From NCBI GenBank assembly GCA_964016885.1, contig OZ024751.1, positions 24,552,001 through 24,616,000 on the forward strand: DNA of 64,000 nt. The letters are read 5' to 3'. Of the stretch, positions 56,294-64,000 are shown in pieces. The notes beneath the pieces are model-generated. The model searched no databases, was not told where the DNA came from, and saw only the letters and a program-made list of their open reading frames with translations. Numbering within the stretch: position 1 is the stretch's first letter; every line of letters starts with the position of its first letter. A program made the position numbers and the translations under genes. Origin of the DNA: Eledone cirrhosa. Lineage: Eukaryota.

Positions 56294-56568
56294 AATGAAA
56301 GTAAAATAAGTGAGCCAGATACATACACCAATTTTGCTTATGGTATCAGGTGGCGAATATCGAAAGTAGCTGACATTTCTCATTAGTAGACGTCACGTGA
56401 CAGCTTTTACAGCCAATGTGACCAACGAGCCAGCATATATCATTGTTTATGTTGACAAGCTAGAGTCAAGAGATGTGCATTTTTACATCTAATTGTTGGT
56501 TTCCATAGAATTTTGATATTTTTTGTCCATCTCACTGTTTTAATGATATAAATATATGCATATATATA

Positions 56569-56651
<83 letters not shown>

Positions 56652-56859
56652 AGAGAGAGGGGAGAGAGAGAGAGAAAGAAAGAGAGAGAGAGAGAAGGAG
56701 AGAGAGAGATGTATGTAAAAAGTAAACAGAAATAACAACACAGGGACTATCTGTCTTTCGTTCGTTTTTCCGTTGTCTTCGCCATCATTTTCTATTCATT
56801 GAACATAATCAGAAAAAAAGAAAAAAAACATTAACAACAACAATAACAACAATAATGAC

Positions 56860-57390
56860 GTCTGGTTTATGCACAAGACCAACAATTTGGGGGGGAGGGA
56901 AAAATCGTTTAAAATTGATCTCAGTGCATTACTGGTACTTTATTTTATCGACCGAGTAATGATGAAAGGAAAAGTTAAACTCGACGGGATTTGAACTCAG
57001 AACGTAAAAAGACGTAACTCTACGCCACGAAACGTACTGCCCGACGCTCTACCGATGCTGCCAATCCAACGCCGCCATAATAATGCTTTCTTATATAGGC
57101 ACAAGGCCAGCAATTTGGGAAGAGGGGGGTGAGGTCGATTAAATCGACCCCAATGCGTGACTGGTACTTTATGTTATCGACCCTCGTAAGGATGAAAAGC
57201 AAAGTTAACCTCGGCGGGATTTAAACTCAGATCATAAAGGGCCGTAACTCTATGCTGCAAAGCATAGTGGCCGAACCTCTACCGATACTGCCAATCCACC
57301 GCCCTCAACGCCGCCATGATAATGGTTTCTTATATGCTGCAAAGCATGGCGTCCGACTCTCTACCGATACTGCTAATCCACCGCCGCCAT
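56860..57390 (-). mobile_element. Tandem SINE family 1 copies (two plus a partial head)
   Basis: Family blocks on the minus strand. Confidence 0.88.
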
Positions 57391-57395
57391 AATAT

Positions 57396-57439
<44 letters not shown>

Positions 57440-57948
57440 TCAATAGTAATAATAATTGCATGGAAACTGTGTAAGGATTCTCTTTTACTCAAATAAAACA
57501 GTTTATTTCTTGGTAAATCTCGCTCTTGGTCCTAATATTTTAGCCCTAACACCAACCAGAGAAAGTCTAACGGCAGGACTGAATAATGAAGCAAGTATGA
57601 ATTCGAAATCTTTCTGAGAAAGAGAAGAAACCTTAGTTTGAAATGTCTTGGAGCAAACTGTCATCTGACTGCTTAAACTTTTAATGACATTTGATAAATG
57701 CCTCTATATCGTGTGTCAAATTTCTGAATCGATTCTATGGTATAACTTACATATTCAAATGATAGCTTCTAGCTGGACGTGTGCCCGTTGCATAAATGCA
57801 TATTGTATATGTGTGATATCGTGTTCATAATGCACACCATCCATCGTATGTGCAATTTCTGACAACCTCCTGAAAACATTGTTGCTGTATTGCAACAAAT
57901 GTGAAAGAATTTCTTTTACGATTTTATTCTATCTTTTATTATTATTAC

Positions 57949-58011
<63 letters not shown>

Positions 58012-58044
58012 ATAAATAAATAAAGAAAGAAAGAAATCATTATT

Positions 58045-58083
<39 letters not shown>

Positions 58084-58179
58084 ATCATCATCATCATCAT
58101 TATTATTATCTATTTTGTTAAGTTGTACATATTCTATCTTATTTTTTATATTTATTTTATTAGGTTGTACATATTTATT

Positions 58180-58233
<54 letters not shown>

Positions 58234-58411
58234 TCGAATTCTGCTAACACGTTTATAATTTCGCACCAATGGCTGACAGCGAAGAAAATTTATAACTGAA
58301 TTCGAATATGATTTAAAAATTCGGTCAAAAACAAACAGAAATTCTCCATATTTTCTTTTCATTTCTCACTATCTTCTAGTCATTGATCTTTCAAACATTA
58401 GAAACCATGAA

Positions 58412-58462
<51 letters not shown>

Positions 58463-58527
58463 TGTGTATGTGTGTGTGTGTATATAAAGAGAGATGTGTG
58501 TGTGTGTGTGTGTGTGTGTGTATAGAG

Positions 58528-58587
<60 letters not shown>

Positions 58588-58944
58588 CTGGGTGCTTATC
58601 TGGTTGTGAGTAAGTATGTATTTAAGTATCTATATAAATATAATATAATATAATGTAGTATAATATAAGAGATGTTTGTACGTGGGAGTTTGTAAAAGAG
58701 AGTAAAAAGTACTCAATACAGAAGGTAAACATTTATTATCATTATGGAGTTAATGCTGCCTATTCTCAGACGCTTCAGAATTAAGTGTTCATCATTGTTG
58801 CGTTTACAACAGTTACGTGAACATCTGGTAAATACGTAACTCTGAGATCTGAAGAAGCGAATAGACAGAGAAACATCTAGACGTCTTAGAAGATTGCTAA
58901 AGTAAATATATAATACAAAGAAGGGTGTACTCATACGTCAGGAT

Positions 58945-59450
58945 CAAAGGCAAAGTTAACCTCGGCGGGATTTGAACTCAGAACGCAAAGGGACATAGCT
59001 ATATACCGCAAAGCATGTTGTCCGATACTCTACCGATACTGCCATAATAATAACAATAATAATTGTTTCTACTTTAGGCACAAGGCCAGCAATTACCCAG
59101 TGCATTACTGGTACTTTATTTTATCGACCCCGTAAGGATGAAAGGCAAAGTCAACCTCGGCGGGATTTGAACTCAGATCGTAAAGGGACGTAACTATGCT
59201 GGAAAGCATGGCGTCCGACCCTCTACCGATACTGCCAATCCACCAATGGCTACTTATATAGGCATAAGGTCAGCAATTTTGGGGGAGGGGAAATTCGATT
59301 AAATTGACCCCAGTGCGTGACTGGTACTTTATTTTATCGATCTCGTAAGGATGAAAGGCAAAGTTAAACTCGATGGGATTTGAACTCAGAACGTAAAGGG
59401 ACGTAACCCTGTGCCACAAAGCATGTTGTCCGACGCTCTGCCGATTACTT
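58945..59450 (-). mobile_element. Tandem cluster of three SINE family 1 copies
   Basis: Family blocks on the minus strand. Confidence 0.9.
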
Positions 59451-59614
59451 TTGATCCAATAATAGTACGCCCACGATTACTATTATCATTGTTACAGTTC
59501 TCCCATCGAGTGAACTTCCTGTAAACACACAAATCAATGAGCAAAAGGTTTTCTCTTCGATCTGTCATCTGCCTGCTATTAATTTAACAGTCTTCAATCG
59601 ATTCTACACTCCAG

Positions 59615-60630
59615 TATACACATACACACATAGACAGACGCACAGACACATACACATACACACACACAGAGGCAGACACACACACATACACACATACACA
59701 CATAGACAGACACACAGACACATACACAGACAGAAACACACATACACACATAGACAGACACACAGACACATACACAGACAGAAACACACACATACACACA
59801 TAGACAGACACACAGACACATACACAGACAGAAACACAGAGGCAGACACACACACATACACAGGCACGCAGACATACCGACGGACACACACACAAAGACA
59901 CATACACACATAGACAGACACACAGACACATACACAGACAGAAACACAGAGGCAGACACACACACATACACAGGCACACAGACATACCGACAGACACACA
60001 CACAAAGACTCATACACACATAGACAGACACACAGACACATACACACACACAGAGGCACACACACATACACACATAGACAGACACACAGACACATACACA
60101 GACACACACACACAGAGGCAGACACACACAAACACACATAGACAGACACACAGACACACACACACAGAGGCAGACACATAGACACACACACATACACAGA
60201 CATACACATACACATACATACACAGACATACACATACATACACAGATACACAGACATACACAGACATACACAGACATACACAGACATACACAGACATACA
60301 CAGATATACACAGACATACACACAAAGACATACATACACAGACATACACAGACATACACACATACACCTACATACACAAACATACACAGACATATACAGA
60401 CATACACAGACATACACAGACATACACATACATACACAGACATACACACATACACCTACATACACAGACATACACACATACACATACATACACAGACATA
60501 CACAGACATACACAGACATACACAGACATACACATACATACACAGATATACACAGACATACACACAAAGACATACATACACAGACATACACATACATACA
60601 CATACATACACAGACATACACATACATACA
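59615..60630. repeat. AC-rich compound minisatellite (cagacataca-type units)
   Basis: Directly visible. Confidence 0.95.
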
Positions 60631-60974
60631 CAGAAATAGACACCCAAATCAAATTGAATAATTTTTTTTTATCGCTTATTTATTTATTTATTTATTTATT
60701 TATTTTCCTAGAAATAGCGCGAAACAAATAAATGCGAGCCAATCAAAAGAAAGGGTGTGACAGGTGTTTCAAGTTGAAGGCAAACCATTCGCAACAATTG
60801 CTACATTAAACAATTGCCAGGGTCCTTAAACAACGGCAGCGCCAAAGACAAACAGCAATTGGTGAGGTCCGCAAATGTAGTGGTCATTATTGAGATTAAC
60901 AATAGAAAATATCTGACAGATATTTATCACTGGTAAACAACAATTGGTAAAAGACAGGAAAAAAAAAACACATT

Positions 60975-61372
60975 AGCAACAACAACAGCAACAACAGCAA
61001 CAACAGCAACAACCACATGTAACCAGAAACAACAGTAGTAACAACAGCAACCACATTACAACAGCTGCAACAACATGCAACTAGCAACAACAGGAGCAAC
61101 AACATCACAACAACTAGCAACAACAACAACAGCAATAGCATCACAACAGCAACAACAACAGCAACAACAATAAAAACATGCAACCAGCAAATGCAAACAA
61201 CAATAAGAATTATAACAAGAACAACATTAACAACAACAAACAACACGCAGCCAGCAAAGGCAAGGTACCATAATAACAACAGCAACAACATACAAAATAC
61301 AACAACGTGCAACTAGCAACAACAACACACAACAACAACAACATAAACATGCAACCAGCAAAGGCAAGATAC

Positions 61373-61427
<55 letters not shown>

Positions 61428-61660
61428 GCGACAACAACAACAACGACGACAACCACAAAAATAACATTAGCATCATCAACAACATCAACATCAACAACAA
61501 CAACAGCGACAACAACAACAACGACAACAACAACAACACCAACAACAACAACGACAACAACGACAACGACAACAACAACAACAACAACGACGACGACGAC
61601 AACAACAACAACAACAACAACAACACCAACAACAACAACAACATGCAGCCAGCAAAGGCA
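60975..61660. repeat. (AAC)n-based degenerate tract
   Basis: Directly visible. Confidence 0.93.
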
Positions 61661-61769
61661 AAGAACAATTGGAGCAACTCGCAACTGTGACACTAATTAG
61701 GAACAATAGCGACATGGAATATAACCAGAAGAATAAAAGGATTAAGCAACAAACAACGACAATAATGGC

Positions 61770-62345
61770 GTCTGATTTAGAGACAAGGCAAACAATTTGG
61801 GGGTAGGGGAAAGTCGATAAAATCGACCCTAGTGCGTTACTGGTACTTTATTTTATCGACCCCCCGGTAAGGATGAAAGGCAAAGTTAACCTCGGCGGGA
61901 TTTGAACTCAGAAGGTAAAGGGGAGGAAAAGCAACGTCCCTTACAACATCAACGATAATAATTGTTTCTACTATTGGAACAAGGCCAGCAATTTGAAGGG
62001 CAGGGGAAAGTCGATGAAATTAAAACCAGTGTATTACTGGTACTTTATTTTATCGACCCCGTAAGGATGAAAGGCAAAGTTAACCTCGGCGAGATTTCAA
62101 CTCAGAAGGTAAAAGAATATAACAGAAATGTCCCTTACAATAATTACGACGATAAGTGTTCCTGATTTAGGCACAAGGCCAGCAATTTTGGGGGAGGGGA
62201 ATGTCGATAAAATCGGCCCCCAGTGCATTACTGGTACTTATTTTATTGACCTCTTTACTTTTCATCATTAAAGATGAAAAGTAACCCTAACCCCGGCGAC
62301 ATTTGAACCTCAGAATGTAAAGGAGCCGAAAAGCAACGTCTCTTA
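61770..62345 (-). mobile_element. Three tandem headless SINE family 1 copies
   Basis: Each ends at about ctcagaa.gtaaag, followed by gtcccttacaa or a variant. Confidence 0.85.
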
Positions 62346-62370
62346 CAACAACAATAAGAATAACATCAGT

Positions 62371-62429
<59 letters not shown>

Positions 62430-62561
62430 CGATTATATATATATAGCAATAATAGATACGAAGACTAAAATCCGAAGATCCTGTAAGCAGAAATTCTTTG
62501 CTTAAATTTTCATCTGTAAATACTAATAATAAATATATGTGTGTGTGTGTGTATATATATA

Positions 62562-62614
<53 letters not shown>

Positions 62615-62735
62615 TATATTGTATAGATATATATATGCAGAAAATCGTATTGGGTGTGTATCCGCATGTATGCATGATATGTATGTGCATGTACGGATAA
62701 TATGTGTGTGTATATGTGTGTGTGCGTGTATGTAA

Positions 62736-62783
<48 letters not shown>

Positions 62784-62989
62784 CAGTATGTGCTGTTCTG
62801 TGTAAAGTAAGGAAAGCCAGTAGTCTAGCAGTAGAGAATAACATATTGATATATAGAATAGCTCAGACAGGTGCTATATAATTCGGTTAGTGATTCTGAA
62901 GATCGATATTAGTCAATCAATCAGTTGTGGGTGTTTATGGTGCCAGTTATTTTACTGTCAGACGTTTTCTTCTTGCTAACAGTGCTCGC

Positions 62990-63235
62990 TAAAGGGACGT
63001 AACTTAATGCTGCAAAGCATGTTGTCAGACGCTCTACCGATACTACCAATCCCCGCCCTAATAATAATTGTTTCTACTTTAGACATAAGGCCACCAGTTA
63101 CTCCAGTGTATTACTGGTACTTTACTTTATCGACCACGTAAGGATGAAAGGCAAAGTTAACCTTGGCGGGATTTGAACTCAGAACGTAAAGAGCTGTAAC
63201 TCTATGCTGCAAAGCATGGTGTCCGCCCTTAATAA
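62990..63235 (-). mobile_element. SINE family 1 (partial head plus one copy)
   Basis: Family blocks. Confidence 0.85.
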
Positions 63236-63492
63236 TAACATAGATATAAATAAGAAAACTAATAAAAATAGCCACAGGACTAAATAGGAGCTAGAGCAAG
63301 TTAATTCTGCTGCTAGTGCAGAGACCGCTGGTTTTCATGATGCCAAGGTAACTGGGGGGTTTGACAAGACTAACATCACGTGATATTTAATTAGTTCGTC
63401 TTACATAGAAAGTTGGCTTCCGAGAGTAATCCGAAAATCCATCGTTGGGATCATCAGACATGAGTTCTTCCTTTATGTCACCTAAATACATG

Positions 63493-63525
<33 letters not shown>

Positions 63526-63528
<3 letters not shown>

Positions 63529-63760
63529 GGAAAAAGTATGACCCCGACGGCAGAGCTCAAGCCGTTTCGGCGGCTATTTCTGGACTAAATTAGAATTTTT
63601 AGCCTGGTGAAAAATTCTAATTTAGTCCAGAAATAGCCGTCGAAACGGCTTGAGCTCTGCCGTCGGGATCATACTTTTTCCTATTTCCCACTCTACTACA
63701 CTAAGTAGTGAGTACTCTGGTGCGTTATGATCCATTTGGTTCCTTACCACAATTCCTTTG

Positions 63761-63763
<3 letters not shown>
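63526..63763. mobile_element. Fold-back family I: 75-bp arms 63526-63600 and 63610-63684, tail of about 79 nt
   Basis: 9-nt loop, two mismatches; (TA)n on both sides; tgagtact in the tail. Confidence 0.92.
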
Positions 63764-63810
<47 letters not shown>

Positions 63811-64000
63811 AACCACAGACCCTCCATCTCAACTCACCTTTTGAAAAGCAGAAGAACTGCGAAACCGGTAAAGGAACCAAATAAATATATATATTTTTTT
63901 TAAAAATAAGACTTCAGTTGCATTTTCGATTTCATCCCTTTTTCTTTATACTTCCACTCGTGTAGGACACCTCGGTTATTTTTCATTTTGTAAAAAAAAC

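Noticed and set aside
58680-58935. Possible very old hammerhead element (tail motif at 58708, decayed core on the minus strand)
   Set aside because: It is too degenerate to support as a feature; only the tail motif was noted.

Overview
This is an AT-rich, microsatellite-saturated eukaryotic window with no credible host protein-coding exon; the repeat content suggests a mollusc, probably an octopus (inference). It holds about 35-40 tRNA-derived SINE copies, five fragments of an L1/Tx1-like LINE sitting in (TATC)n tracts, three RTE LINE remnants, several Tc1/mariner-type and other MITEs, a tRNA-Arg(ACG)-like pseudogene, minisatellites and one 200-N gap. The most striking signal is more than 20 short elements, from about 10 sequence families, embedded mostly in (TA)n tracts. 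Many are fold-back (inverted-arm) structures carrying minimal type I hammerhead ribozymes with a palindromic stem III. They share one architecture: a long arm ending in a 60-160 nt unique tail, a short arm that stops at a family-fixed point, and a tail motif (about RTTGAGTRCT) shared across families. They are most simply read as non-coding termini or non-autonomous derivatives of Penelope-like retroelements that target (TA)n. Palindrome and ribozyme coordinates were counted by hand; SINE and degenerate-repeat boundaries are approximate.
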